Origin: Marsupella aquatica | Lineage: Eukaryota > Plantae > Marchantiophyta | Assembly: GCA_973895155.1 (NCBI GenBank) | Contig: OZ316898.1 | Span: 20,099,292-20,163,291 of the forward strand | DNA length: 64,000 bases | Direction of reading: 5' to 3' | Shown: piece after piece, positions 1-12,849 of the stretch | How the letters are laid out: every line of letters begins with the position of its first letter | How positions within the stretch are numbered: position 1 is the stretch's first letter | Notes under the pieces: generated by a model | Database searches by the model: none | What the model saw: only the letters and a program-made list of their open reading frames with translations | Told to the model about the DNA's origin: nothing | Translations under genes and position numbers: made by a program

Positions 1-2316
1 CTTGAACTGCAGAATCCAAACAGACAGGAGTGATACAAATGTAAGGCATGAATTGCTTAGAACTAGTTGAGAATAGTTGAGACTTAAGCCTACATACAGA
101 AACAAAAGTCACCTGTAGACTCAAACTTACTGATAGAACAACATGATCAAATCTTATACGATTCTAAACAAAAGTCGCATACTCAAACCTATAGATAGAA
201 TAACAACGTCTACACATAGAACAATGCCGCCTCTCTTGACAATAGCGGGACATTCATGAAAATTTTGAAACTTTGTGCCGACAAACTCCAACACCTGAAC
301 CCAACCTTGGGACTAGCAACCTGTACCTCAAATGGACATTTCTAGCTTGGCAAAGAGCCCTCCAAAGAAGCTTCTAGCAACGGACCATTTTAATCAACAA
401 TCTCAACACATCCTAACATTGCACAAGACTGATTTGAACTTGTGGATGAAGACTTCACAACACAAATCAAACTTGCTTTTCGGTCCAATATGACCAGGCC
501 AGTTAAAAAGTAGAGAACTAAACTTTTGCCCTTCCTGTCCGACCTCAACCACACTCTTAAAATTCTTTACCTCAAAATTGATTGGGCAATGAACTATGTG
601 CGGGACTATGTGCCCCAACAATGTGTTAGAATTGGACAAGTAAAACCCCGCTTCATCAAGTAGACAGTGACAACTTACAAAGCATGGCGCCTGATCCTTG
701 ACAATTCATGCAGTTGGAGCTCAATCTTGACGCTTCCTCACTTGCCAATAAAAGGAGACACAAAGCTCTTCTAATATGAATGCAATTATAGTGGCAAAAG
801 AGACCTCAATGTAGAACTTTCCTGTGCAGCATAAAAACCATCCAATTGGTTTGATTGATGCATGAAAATATTGTTTGTGAAATACACAAATATGAAAAGA
901 AATCTTAGGTGATGCTTGGTTGCAATGTTATCAATGAGTTTTGAATGAGGGACGAGAACAACTTTATTCCTTGAGCTGGACTCAACGACGTTGGGTTTGC
1001 TTTCATAGGGTACCTTAGCGAGAAAAAACAATCAGACTTTCAGACTTTTATTCCTGAGCAATCTATCTTTTATATATGTGGTAAACGTTACACAATCAAA
1101 CCTACTACTATTTTCATGTCAAGAATTCTCTTTCTTGTGCGATGGTTGTTAAAACTATACTTATTGGTGATGCACATCCATCAAGTTTGTCCACTCCGAT
1201 GTCACCTAGAGACTATTTGACAACATGACCAAAAGCAATGAGACTTTTATTCCTCGGTCTATCCTACAACTTAGTAAAAGAAGGTGTTATCTAATGATTG
1301 AATCCAAGCCATTTGGAATATTGCTAACATAATCTTACAATGATTTGTTTTGCTAAGACTCTACAGCCATTTCCCTGGATCAGCCTAAGATAATTCCTAC
1401 ACGACTTAGTTGACAGTCAGTAGGAAATGCACACGGCAAGATCGGAACCAAGATTTTGAAGAATCGTTATGAGCGTGCCGTGAGAGAGGAAGAAGATTCA
1501 TCATAAGATTGGATGGACATCAGGAAGGAGATGAGAGTATCTTAGGAAGCTGGAGAAAGGCAACAAGAATTAGTGATATTTTTTGTGATATCCACTAAGG
1601 CACGAGACAATTTTCATTGGGCCCTTATTGAAAGATGATCTCTCCCTCCCTAGTGCAACGGAATGGTGCACAATGCAACTAACAACGCAGCTACAGTTAA
1701 CATCTCTCAAGACATAGACAACACCTTACTATAGAGAGCTTTATGCGTCATTGATCTTTGAAGAGCTCGACAATTGATTTCTGATCAGACGCCAGATGGT
1801 CATAATAGTTCTTTTGGCATTGTGTCTCCCCATTGAATGTTGTTCAACGTAATTTAACTAAGTTTGGATTTGTTGAGTACAATAGTTGAGCTGGAGAGGA
1901 GAGGGTAGAGATAGTGGAGTGAGAAAATTGTTGTCTCTCTGCTGAATGCTACTCACCATAATTGAATCAAGTTTTGGACTTGCAAGGACAGAAGTTGAGC
2001 TGGAGAGGAGAGGGTAGACAAGAGAGGAGATAGCGAACAAGAGAGATTGAAGAGGGTAACTTACAGGCAACGGAACATAAACTTGTAGTTGAGGGACTGC
2101 AAGAAGGGATCAAAGGGACTGCAAGAAGTAGAGGAAGCCACCAAAGATGCAGACTCCTCTCCATTCGTCACTCCGGTTGTAGTTGCCTCGGGAGTTACCT
2201 TATGCAAAGTGAATTGCTCATCATAGTTACACACTAGTCCTTCCTTGATCTCCTTTAATAGCAATGACTCCCGTTGTTGCGACCACCTTAATCCCCTTGT
2301 TCTGATCGATCAAAAT

Positions 2317-2424
2317 GATGCAAAGCTAATCAAGGACCTAAGAAGCCAATCAGATGCAAAGCTGATCAAGGACTTAAGAAGCCGATCAGATGCGAAGCTA
2401 ATCAAGGACTTAAGAAGCCGATCA
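2317..2424 (+). repeat. 36-bp tandem repeat, 3 copies
   Basis: GATGCAAAGCTAATCAAGGACCTAAGAAGCCAATCA-like unit at 2317, 2353 and 2389. It produces the DAKLIKDLRS[QR]S repeat in ORF 2245..2586. Confidence 0.95.
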
Positions 2425-4014
2425 GTCAAACAAATAATGACACAAAATGGAGCTTGGAAGCAACCCAATGTCCAGCAAGATGGAGAGGATGGACCGACTC
2501 CTCAAAAACAAATCGACTTGAGCACCAAAAATGGATCGACACAACATCACAAAAATGGATCGGCACAACACAAACACATAGGGTGAAACAACAGCGGAAA
2601 TGGCAACGACACAACACACACGGTGAAACATCGACCGACTCCAGAAAGGTTCTAATCAAGCTGTGATAGTACACACTGTTTAGGCGCCCGGTCACTTCAC
2701 ATCTACAGTACAAGTCATTGTCAAATGAAATCACGCACAACTACATTTTCATCCAACTTAACGTTGCCTTACAACAGGCTAATCACAACGTATGAACCTA
2801 TAAACGCATTGACGGTATCGTCAACGTCAATGTGGCAACGTTAAGTATATCGTCATTGACGACATACTTAACGTTGTCTCATATGATGCTCGTTGCCTCG
2901 CAAGAAACTTGGTTATGCGTGTTCATGACGTTGTCGGGGGAATCTTTAGTTCTTGGGAAGCACCGAACTCTTGTTTTTCCTATCTTGGAAGAAACCTTTC
3001 CAAAGTATGTATTTTTTCACCTCACATTACCCTTGCGATCCCCTTTGTCGATCAATTTCTCTCACCATTATCCTCTAAAATAGCTCTCACAGCCTTTGTC
3101 CCACTCTACGATGAGCGACTTCCTCACACTAAGCCTTGAATCGGCCTATTCTCTTTCCACATAACCCAAGTCAAGTCATAGATTGTAATTTCCAATGAAT
3201 CCTACAATTAGATAAATTAATTATAGAAAATAAAGACTATGATCTTAAGATTTACCATAGATGATATAATCACAGGCTCTGGCATCCTAAGCATAACATT
3301 GTATCTTTCATCTTCATACTTTCTAACTAAAACATCTCTATAGTCAACCTTCTTACGACATACCACTCTAATGTCAATAGATGAAGGAAAATCAGACACA
3401 TTATTAGGAAGCCTATTCAAATCTAACTTCGGTACATTTATGGGTTGTCTATTAAAATCCATCTAATATAAAATAAAAATAGTTACATTCCATTCATTTC
3501 CATAAACAATAATCGGGTATACAAATGGTGCGTTGCTATTCATAATTGTTTCCATTAACTCAAACCCAAAATGATAAAGAAGATGCATTCTCATGGTATG
3601 CTTGCTACTTAAGACAATGAATTCTAATTAAGAAAGGATTGACAAATGGCACAGCAGGTGGGGGGTAAACTCTAGGTATTCCATTTATCATATTATTCAT
3701 TACAAACACACTAAATTGATCTCAAGACTAATAAACATAAAACATAAAATAATTCTAAAGCCAACAATCAAGTTAGTAGCCAAGCATGGATGTAAATAAT
3801 AAACAAGACATGTGCACAAGAGGGGAAGAGTTCCTTACAGTGTTGCAAGTCAACATGACAGATCAAACAATACAAATGAGGAGAGTGTGCTCCTCTTCAC
3901 TTTATTTATAGTGCCCCTTTGTGCTTTCCAAGAGGGCATGGATCGATGCCTTGACCCTTGGATGGAAGCCAAGTGGCAAGCATCAAGTACTTATAAGTGT
4001 GCTAGTACTATTCA

Positions 4015-4082
4015 TAGTTGGTGGAACTACTGTGCGTAGTTGGTGGAATTATTACGCGTAATTGATGGAACTAGTATGCATA
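4015..4082. repeat. 22-bp minisatellite, left part (3 units), split by the pogo insertion
   Basis: TAGTTGGTGGAACTACTRTGCG-like units at 4015, 4037 and 4059. The phase continues at 7710. Confidence 0.9.
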
Positions 4083-7000
4083 CACTGCTCACCGCCATTA
4101 GTCTTATGTTACAAATAGTGTTATACTCAATTAATGTTAGTAAGTCTAAATCAAGTGAAGGGGTGTTTTGACAAGAAAATAAGAGTAATTGTGGATCTTT
4201 TGTAACCGTACATAGTATTTGTGATTTATATTAGGTTATGGTAAAAGTGGACAGGTGTAGTTGACATGTCAGTCTGAAAGCTTGTTGACAACAACGTGGA
4301 CCAATAAAGCCACATGCATTGGACAGCTAGTGTGATGGTTGCATGCATCACTAGCTCTCTACGTAATATTTTTTTTGATTTTCCTCACTATAGTAAGATT
4401 CTACTATGAACATAAAATCTTATTGACTTTTGTTTGAAGCCATGCAAAAATGGGGGCAAAGTTTTGAGTCGCTCCAGATTGTACAATAGCTCTCTATCCT
4501 GACAATGAATTTTCTGTTGTAAAGCTTTGTCGTGACAAGTCCACATGGGCAACATTTGATTGCAATCCCCTTTGAGAACGCCTGAATTTTCTCAAAATTA
4601 CAAATCTCGTTGACTTTATTTGCCACCATGCAAGAACGGGGCAAAGCTACGGGGGAAATTTGAGCTCATAGTGCTCCGATCATTGATGTGATTCAAACAT
4701 TGACAGATTGGAATGAATTGTGTGTCAATATAAGGGGCTGAAAGATTTATAACTTGCACATTTTAAATCTGGAAGGTTACCGTACGTCTTGCTTGCTAAT
4801 CAAATTATTGATTATTGCATGCCCCTTTGAGACTTGTACGTAGCTGAGAATCAAGTTGATCTTTTGATTGATCTGCAAAGGCAATAGATAGAGAGTGTGC
4901 TTGTGTATTTTCAATGATTCACAGTTGGCTTCCTATCATCGAATTAGACCATTTTGAACAGCTGAGGCTGTTGTCAAGCTTTCTTGAGTATTTTTTGCAT
5001 TTGCAAGAAATAACGATCTGCAGCTAAGTTGATCCACGAGGTGAGGTGAGTAGCTTTGGTTTGATTAAAGCTGAATCTTTAGTTTGCTTTCAACTTATTT
5101 TCAATCCATTTGATCAATCAAACATTGAGTTGAAGTGGAACTTGTGTCTGAGCGACAATTTTTCAATCTTGTGAGCTTGCAGGTCCAGGTGCAGGTCAGG
5201 GTACGTGTTCAAGTTAGTTCAAGCTATTGATCATAGATGGGCTCATATGGCTCTCCCCTTTTAAGTGCATGGAGATATGCAAGGCAGCCCTTGCCTCCGG
5301 TTCTGTCCACTGAAGAGGCTGAACATGGAACCGAAGAGCAGCAAGAGCAAGTCAACCAGCAACCACTATCGATTCAGGCTGAAAGATCTCGTACATTACA
5401 ACATGTCTGCACTAAGGCCCAACGAGTGAAGGTCATTAAGTGGATGCAGGCTATAGTTCAATTTAGAGGAGGAGAGGAACGATTGATTGCCACCGATGCA
5501 ATTAAACAATTTCCAAAGTGTTTTTGTTCTGCTAGTGCAACTGCAAACATTGTGAAGGCATCACAATGGTGGAAGGAACGGGAAAGTATTTTGGAATCTT
5601 TCAAGGTAGACAAGATGTGTGTGAGCCGATCATTTCGTGATGGGAGGAAACAGAGAGAGTTGAAGGCAGGTCCAGGTAGGGGGAGGAAAGCAGCCGCTTG
5701 GACTACTTGGTTGTATCCTATCGTGAGAGATGAGTTTGAAAGATTAAGGTATGTAGGCCTAAAATTCTCACCCAAGGTACTCCTTCTAGTTGCTAAAAAT
5801 GCATTAGTGACAAACAATCATCCCACTTTCTTTCCGCAAGCTATCTTGGATGAAGATCCAAGACCTCTGACAGATAGAATAACCCCCAGGTGGGTCCAAC
5901 AGTTCCAAGAGCGAAATAACATTGTCCATCATTCTCAGACCGGTAAACTTATGGTTTCCCCTGCCAAGCAAGAGTTCATAGAGAGACGAGTAGCTTTCCA
6001 CATGGGATTTCTTGCACGTGGTTTTAGATCTGGAATCTTGGATGAGAATGACCAAGAGAATATGGATGAGACTCACTTTTGTGTCAATATGGACAACGGG
6101 AAGACGTTAGGTTTCAGAGGAGACAAAAATGTGAAATATGCAGATATTGTTAGTGGAGGAGTTGGAATTACCATGGTAGTAAAAGTCACAAGAGGGGTTC
6201 GAGGGAAAATTGGGACCCCTTTCATGATTTTTTAGAATGATCATTGTTCTTATCCGATTAGGGGAGTTCTTGATAATGTGCCAGGTGTATGCTACCGCTC
6301 CACAACATCCTCGTTTATGACTTCAAAATGTCTGACAAAATATTACAAGGATGGGAGGGTCAATTGGGCAGATCCTAGTGGACATAGGAAAGTCCAATGG
6401 ATGGATAACTACCTAGGGCACAAAATTCTTCCGGATACCGAGACAGCCTTGGAGCACATTAACATGGAGGTGAGAAGATTCCCTGATAATGCTACTCACT
6501 TGGTACAATCTTGCGATAGCTTTGTAATTTCAAAAATCAAAGATGCCTGGACACGAAGGTGGGAGGTGAAGAAAATGGAGCTGATCAGGGATAGTCAATG
6601 GCATGGTGATGGAAGGCATGGTACAAGTGGTATGCTCATTAATCCAGGGAAATCTTTTTTCTTGCAATTGGCAGTTGACTCTGTACGTGATGTCAACAGG
6701 CAGGTTGACAAACATTACGAAATAAGTTATGCCAGAAAATCTATGATTAGAACTGGTCTCTCCTTAAATCTCAATGGGCTATGGGAAGAGGAGCAACTTT
6801 CACCAGAATTACAGCAAGTCATTGAGAAATATCGATGGAATTTTAACAAAGGGTTGCAAGGTCTGTTAGATATTGATCCACGATTGCCCCTAACAGAAAT
6901 TCCTTTGAATGTTGGAGAACCCTCAGCTCAAGAAGACCTTGACAGTGATGAAGTTGATGAGCTTGACAGTGACAAAAATGAGGACTCCCTGCAATTGCCT

Positions 7001-7709
7001 CACGAACCTGAACCACTGGAGGCGCTTGAGAATGGAGAGCCAGTAGAGATTGAACCAATAGCACCGATAGAGAACTCTGCAAATGCTGAGTTTTGGGAAT
7101 ACCTTTCCTCCCAGTATGGTTTAGACGAAAATGCTTCAAATTGACATGTTCAGTTTTGAATATTTTGTATTTGCAGTTTACCCGGGCCTTGACCAATTTT
7201 GTAATTGATAGTTATTCAAAGGAAAATATTATTTGTTAATTGCAATTTGAAAGATTCTGCGCACATCGCTCACAACGCGTTTGCAATTGATTCTTAAATT
7301 GATTCACATAATATTTACTTTGATAGTTAGTGACATCATCGCTGGTGAGATCAACAGTTTCCACGACTTTTTGAGCATTTTGGGGAAGAAAACAAATATG
7401 TTTTTGGCAGATCTATGAGGACAGGTGTCTATTTTGAGTGCATAAGTTTTCAGTGCAATGGGGATTCACAAATACAGTACAGTAGTGTTTTTCCATACCC
7501 CTAAATTTTAATTTCATATCATAATGATGTTTTGCAAACACTGTGAATTAATCTTACCAAAACTTGAATTAGCATTAGCCACATTCTATTTAATGCGCAT
7601 GTAAATAGTGTCACTCCAAAATTAACATTGGTAAGGTTAAATCTCGATAGGTCCAAATCTTGAGCACTCACCCAAATAGAATTAGTAAGACTAATCACGG
7701 TTAAGAGTG
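4083..7709 (+). mobile_element. Full-length pogo-like (Tc1/mariner superfamily) DNA transposon, 3627 bp
   Basis: 24-bp TIRs, CACTGCTCACCGCCATTAGTCTTA (4083-4106) versus revcomp of 7686-7709 CACTCTTAACCGTGATTAGTCTTA, 19/24 match. TA TSD at 4081-4082 and 7710-7711. Removing the element restores the 22-bp repeat phase. An internal DDE transposase is present. Confidence 0.92.
5237..7144 (+). pseudogene. pogo-type DDD (DDE_1-like) transposase with one in-frame premature stop
   Basis: ORFs 5237..6235 and 6278..7144 share a frame and are separated by TAG at 6233-6235 (probably CAG>TAG). CENP-B-like WVQQFQERNNI helix. Catalytic motifs NMDETH, WMDNY..H and HLVQSCD, with 36 residues between the 2nd and 3rd Asp. 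Confidence 0.9.
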
Positions 7710-7907
7710 TAATTGATGCAACTACTATGCATAGTTGGTGAAATTATTACATGTAATTGGTGCAACTGCTATGCATAATTGGTGCAACTACTATGCGTAG
7801 TTGGTGAAACTACTATGCGTAATTGGCGCAACTACTATGTGTAGTTGGTAGAATTACTATGCATAATTGGTAAAACTACTATGCATAAATGGTGGAACTA
7901 CTATATA
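7710..7907. repeat. 22-bp minisatellite, right part (9 units)
   Basis: TA(A/G)TTGGTG(C/A)AACTACTATGC(A/G) units every 22 bp from 7710 to 7907. Confidence 0.95.
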
Positions 7908-8608
7908 CCATTGTAAAATGTACACACTGCATATAGAATATAACATATATGCTCTAATAGTACTACTATGAAGCTCTTAAGTAAAACCTTTTTCACATAA
8001 ACTGAAATAACACAATATGGATTCTAGCCTTCTAAAGGGAATCCCCACGACAACGTCCAGTACATCGTTACAGTTCAGAGCTAATATAGATGCCCTTCTT
8101 AAGTTAACGTTGCCTGATAAGACGTTGAGACATACTTAACGGCGTCTCACACAATGCTCATTGCCTCGTCGGAAACTAGGTAACCTTAAAGCGTAGTCTT
8201 TAACGACGTTCAATACAGAGCTTTAGACGATGTAAGAGTGCTATCTTGTTATAAGCGTGGTAAAATACGGTTCATTTGCGGATGTTAATATGTATTATGT
8301 CTAAGTAGAAGACGTAAGTTCAATGGGTCTAACGACGTGAATGAATAAACAAGGCTCAGACCTTGGTACATTATGGATACGCGGACCCTGCCATACAACG
8401 TTATTGTAGGTTATAAACACACTTCAGGTCTACATTGGGGTGAGTTTTATTTTGGTGGGCGGTTGGGGTTTTGGGATACATATTCAATATGCATATAGTA
8501 TAGACGTTGTAATCCGAGAAAAGTGTGTCATATTAGATAATATTGTTATGGGCCAAAGATGTACAAAATGGAGGATGAAGTCCGGCAAGTAAAATACTAG
8601 GCTATACC

Positions 8609-10834
8609 CTAGTGACGCTGAGTCCGACTGGTATCACGTCCAGACCTCCGTGTAGAACTGGGTTGTACACCTCTCGGGCGCAACTCGTACCTGGTGACAT
8701 CCTCCTCTAAGCTAGTGGTAGTGGGGGACAACGTATTTGCCTGTGTCGCAGCCCTATGAGTAGTCACTGGCCTACTCCCCTTAGTGTGTGGAGGTCCCGT
8801 AGTGTCATCACTCCCTAAACTACTCCTCCTCCTCTCCCTCTCCCTCCCCCTCCGTCTATCTGACCTATCTCTCCCTCTCTCCCTCTTTCTCCCTCCCTCA
8901 ACTCTCTCTCTCTCCCTCCGGCCTTGGCCACTAGCATGCCCCCTATGAGTCTCTGCTTGAGGGAATAGATCATGAGAAGACCTAGCCTGTCGCCTGGCCT
9001 TCATACCCACTATATCCTCCTGCCCGCAATCTACTAGGGCCTCCTCCTGCGAACCCTCCTCGTGCGGTACCCTGGCTGGCAAGTGATCCTCAGGGATGGG
9101 CCGTGCCACCAAGCCCTCCGGAGGAGTCCAATCCTCCACCTGCATGATAGCATTCCGGTCAATTCATGTCCACAGAGTAGGCCCAAAGTCACCTACAACC
9201 TAGCATTCACTTTAGCTCTTACCCGGTGATCCTCCGGGACTGAGGCCAACTTGGCCCATAGCGCTGCCGGGCCATACCATTTCGAGTACAGTTGCTCCTC
9301 CTCCAACGGCTCGACATTGACTCCAAACTTGCGTTTCTATGGGAAACCAAAGAACATCGTATGATAGTACATATTGAACCCTGTCAAGATAGATGTTAAC
9401 GTTGTTTCATGCGTTGCTAAACTATTTAATGTCGCTCTAACGATGTGTAGAGCAAAGTGGCATATGTAACGTCGCTATAACAATGTTAAGAGTAAAGTAC
9501 ATCTTCGGATAAGTTGTAAAGCAAAGTTAACGTTGTTGTGGGCGACGTTATTCAGGGATCAGGCGATGTAATTTCAAAAGCACGACGTTAGACTATGGTT
9601 TACACCGGAGCAGCCAAATGAAAACATGGAAGTTGGGTCCGAGACTTACATAGGTTGCGAGGAACCCTCGCCATCCTCCTTGCCCCCAAAAATTGGTTAC
9701 TAGAAGACGTTCACTATTCTTTCAAGCTGCAGTGGCTTTGTCACCCATGTGCACTCGTTTTCCTACTGGGGTGTCTGGGGGTGCTTCAAGTTCAGACACT
9801 ATCAAATTGAAGTCCGACTCGGTCATCCCTTCAGGCTTACAGTACTGCCTTGTCTGCTCACATTTCATTGCTCGGACCTTGCTTCTCCACCTGAATCTTT
9901 TGTCAACAAGGAAACTCACAATCTTCTACCTGATGTGTCAAAAATCAATCTCTCTGCCATTCTTGAATCCGGCCTGTATGTCATTGAGGAGTACTTGAAA
10001 CTTCTTTGTATTGTGCACCAAGTCCTTCCAAGTCGTCCACCCAGGGCAGTGTTTCGTACAATAGACTTGCACTCAATTTGTTAGTGCCTTCTCATCAAGC
10101 ACCTCTGGCTTCGCATCAAAAGCAACCAGGCTGATTACCGATAGTTGTTCTTTGCTGGCAGGAGTAGCAACGGTTCGCTGAGGAGAAGCTTGCCAATGAC
10201 CTCCTCCCGTTGAATGTGAATGTCGAGGTGACCTTTGACCTCTCCTATCTCTGTCCGCCCTTGAATCTCTATCAGCCCTTTTTCTCTTGTGTGTGCTGCT
10301 CCTATCTCTCTCTCTCTATGCTCCTTTCCCTTCCCTTTTTTTTGTCTCCTCTCAATGCTACTATTGCTACTCAAAGAACGGGAACGACGTTGCCTTCTGT
10401 GTGTCCTTAACTCTCTGCTATCATCGTTAGGCTCATATCTTTGAATCCTCACTTGGCGCTCTTGATGGGAGTAACAGAGGGTGGTTGTGAATCCGGCTCC
10501 ATCCCAGGGAACGAGGGATCGTCCCACACATCATCCAGCAAGGACAGGAAGGAAGGAAGAGGATCAACTAATGCCCCCAAGATCCCCCACTAACTCTGTA
10601 GCTTGAATGTCGGGCTCAACGTCTGATGCTGGAGCGTTCTCTTCTATGTTCCAAAAATCGTGACACCTTTGCCCCAGTGCCTCCCATGAATTTCCAACTC
10701 GGATTGAAAGCATCAACCAGTGAATATGTTGACCGCAAAGCTGTTTGAACCTTCTCCACCTCCTCTGGGTCTTCCATGGACACTTTCATAGCATCAAAGT
10801 TGATACTGAGAGGCAGATAAGTTGGATGTGACAT
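8609..10834 (-). pseudogene. Decayed, intron-containing transposon accessory gene (TnpA/Ptta-like, tentative)
   Basis: ATG at 10834 (MSHPTY), then broken frames including VQVYCTKHCPGWTTWKDL, RFRWRSKVRAMK and NFWGQGGWRGF. GTAAG donors near 9649 and 9222 with AG acceptors. R/E-rich tail. The family assignment rests on resemblance only. Confidence 0.45.
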
Positions 10835-11240
10835 TGAGGCTAGACTTGGAGCGAATGTAGATGACCTTGAGAAAGAGTAGAGCTTCAGTAGAGCACAGTA
10901 GAGCACAACTAAACACTAGATATGGGGTGAGGTGTGTGCGGAATGGTCGAATGACTCACATTTGACACTATGCCCCGGTATTCTCCTAATAGAATGCGGC
11001 AGAGTTTGCAACCATGTGTTTCCGCCATTCTCTATAATCTAACGTCGTTCAAGGCTACGTTACTGAAATGTTAAATTTTAGCAAGTTAGGATTAGTAGCA
11101 ATTAAACTAATCATTTAGTTATAGTTAAGTAGAAGTCAGGACTTTAGGGCCTCCACTATGTTAACCCTAAAAACCTTTAGACAAACTTCATTTTTCCAGT
11201 CAAAGTTCAGTTTTTGTGGTAGAGCAACAACTTTACAGAA

Positions 11241-11870
11241 ATGGAGCAATCTGGAGTCCTCTGCCTGATTGGAGTAACCATTGAGGCGATTTGGGGCATG
11301 CATGGTAGCCAATTAGTTTATGAAGGATGTGATATTCCCTTGGAAGATGGGAAAATGTGTGCTTTAGGTCCAAGTGCTCGCAGAGCTAGACTGAACAGAG
11401 AACACCAGGATGCAGGGTTGTCGATGCGGAAGCGAACCAATCATTTTTGTAGAATGGTTGGATCAGGCCAACACATGTACAATTTCTTTGTGCAAATCAA
11501 TACAATTGTGTATCAAGTGTGGGAAGAAGCGGGATGTCAATTGTTTGGAGTGCTCGGCCATGAATTTCACAGGCAACTTGGTGCACAAGAGAGAGACTGT
11601 CACCGTATAATGAATGAGTGTTGGGTAGTGAGAATTGCAGAGAACCGCAGCAAGAAAACTCCACAGATATTAGGATTCCAGAGAATGAGGATCCACCCCA
11701 CATACCGGCGATCAGAGGTGGGAGTCGGTGGAACACAAGTAGAACCGGTGGAAGTCGCCATTCAAGCAATTAACATTGGAGCCATCGAAACCGAGGACCA
11801 AACTTTGACTGATCTTTTTGAGGAACGATTAACTGAAAGACAACCAGTTAAGAGATGCATGATCCAGTAA
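11241..11870 (+). CDS. Uncharacterised 209-aa ORF, probably TE-encoded
   Basis: Intact from ATG to stop. Divergent from the 8609-10834 gene across a ~400-bp spacer with an AACCCTA telo-like motif. No recognisable domain. Confidence 0.35.
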   Translation: MEQSGVLCLIGVTIEAIWGMHGSQLVYEGCDIPLEDGKMCALGPSARRARLNREHQDAGLSMRKRTNHFCRMVGSGQHMYNFFVQINTIVYQVWEEAGCQLFGVLGHEFHRQLGAQERDCHRIMNECWVVRIAENRSKKTPQILGFQRMRIHPTYRRSEVGVGGTQVEPVEVAIQAINIGAIETEDQTLTDLFEERLTERQPVKRCMIQ

Positions 11871-12849
11871 CAAGTAATAGTTAAGAGTTACTATGACAAG
11901 TAACGATTAACATGTGCCTTAGTGGAATAAAGCGGTTAGAAAAACTGAATAAGCAGTTTGACAGTTACAACTGCTAATTGTTAGAGGAAGTTAGACAAAC
12001 CTGTCTGTAGAAGAGATATAGGATAGCAGAGTAGGAATGGTAGTGGTCTTTTGTTGTGGAAACTTTCAGGATCAGGAAGCTCGAGAGGCAGCCCAGGAGG
12101 AGGTAGTGCCAGATTGCTAGATCTGGAGGTAGATGGAAGCCCATGGAAGAAAAACCGTGTAAAGAAATTGATGTGTTCATGGAATGAAAGATGCAATCAA
12201 GGCCTATTGGCAGGAATTCAAGGAGCATTCGATTGCATAGCTTGTATTTGTTGTATGTCAGTAGAATCAAGACTAAGAAATTGATATTGAAAAAGAGATG
12301 GCTGGAAATATTAACCTTTGACAATGGAGAATTCATTTGGATTTGGTTGGAACCTGTAAAAGGAAATATCATAATAGTATGGCATGTGGTGATTGAGATT
12401 ACAAGCAGTTAAAGGAATCCTTGTCAAAGTGAAATGTTGAGTAATGGATAAGAGGAAACTTCCGAGTGAGACCCAGAGTAGGTAACATGGAATTAGCTAC
12501 CTCTGATTGGTCGTTTAAATTGGAACACATCCCATTTGGGCTACAAAATGCCCCGAATGAATGTAAAGCCCTGATTGAGAGCTGGGTGAGAATTATTAGA
12601 GAGGAAGAAAAAGAGTCAATGTCTGAGGAACTTTCTACAATGGGTTTGGAAATTCTATTTGGAGAAACATTAATTGAAAGGGAAAAGGGAAATTGACATT
12701 CAATTCAAGTAACAGGCGGAGGATCAAACTAAGATAGTTAGATCACTGTCTCAAGTAATCGTACAGGTCATCACTAATTGTTTGACAAAAAGGTTAAATG
12801 GTAGATGACAAGTGAATGAGAAATCGGATCAATTGAAGCCATATGATAT

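Noticed and set aside
200-2300. Decayed coding-like sequence on the plus strand
   Set aside because: Many stops and no recognisable motif, so no product can be supported.
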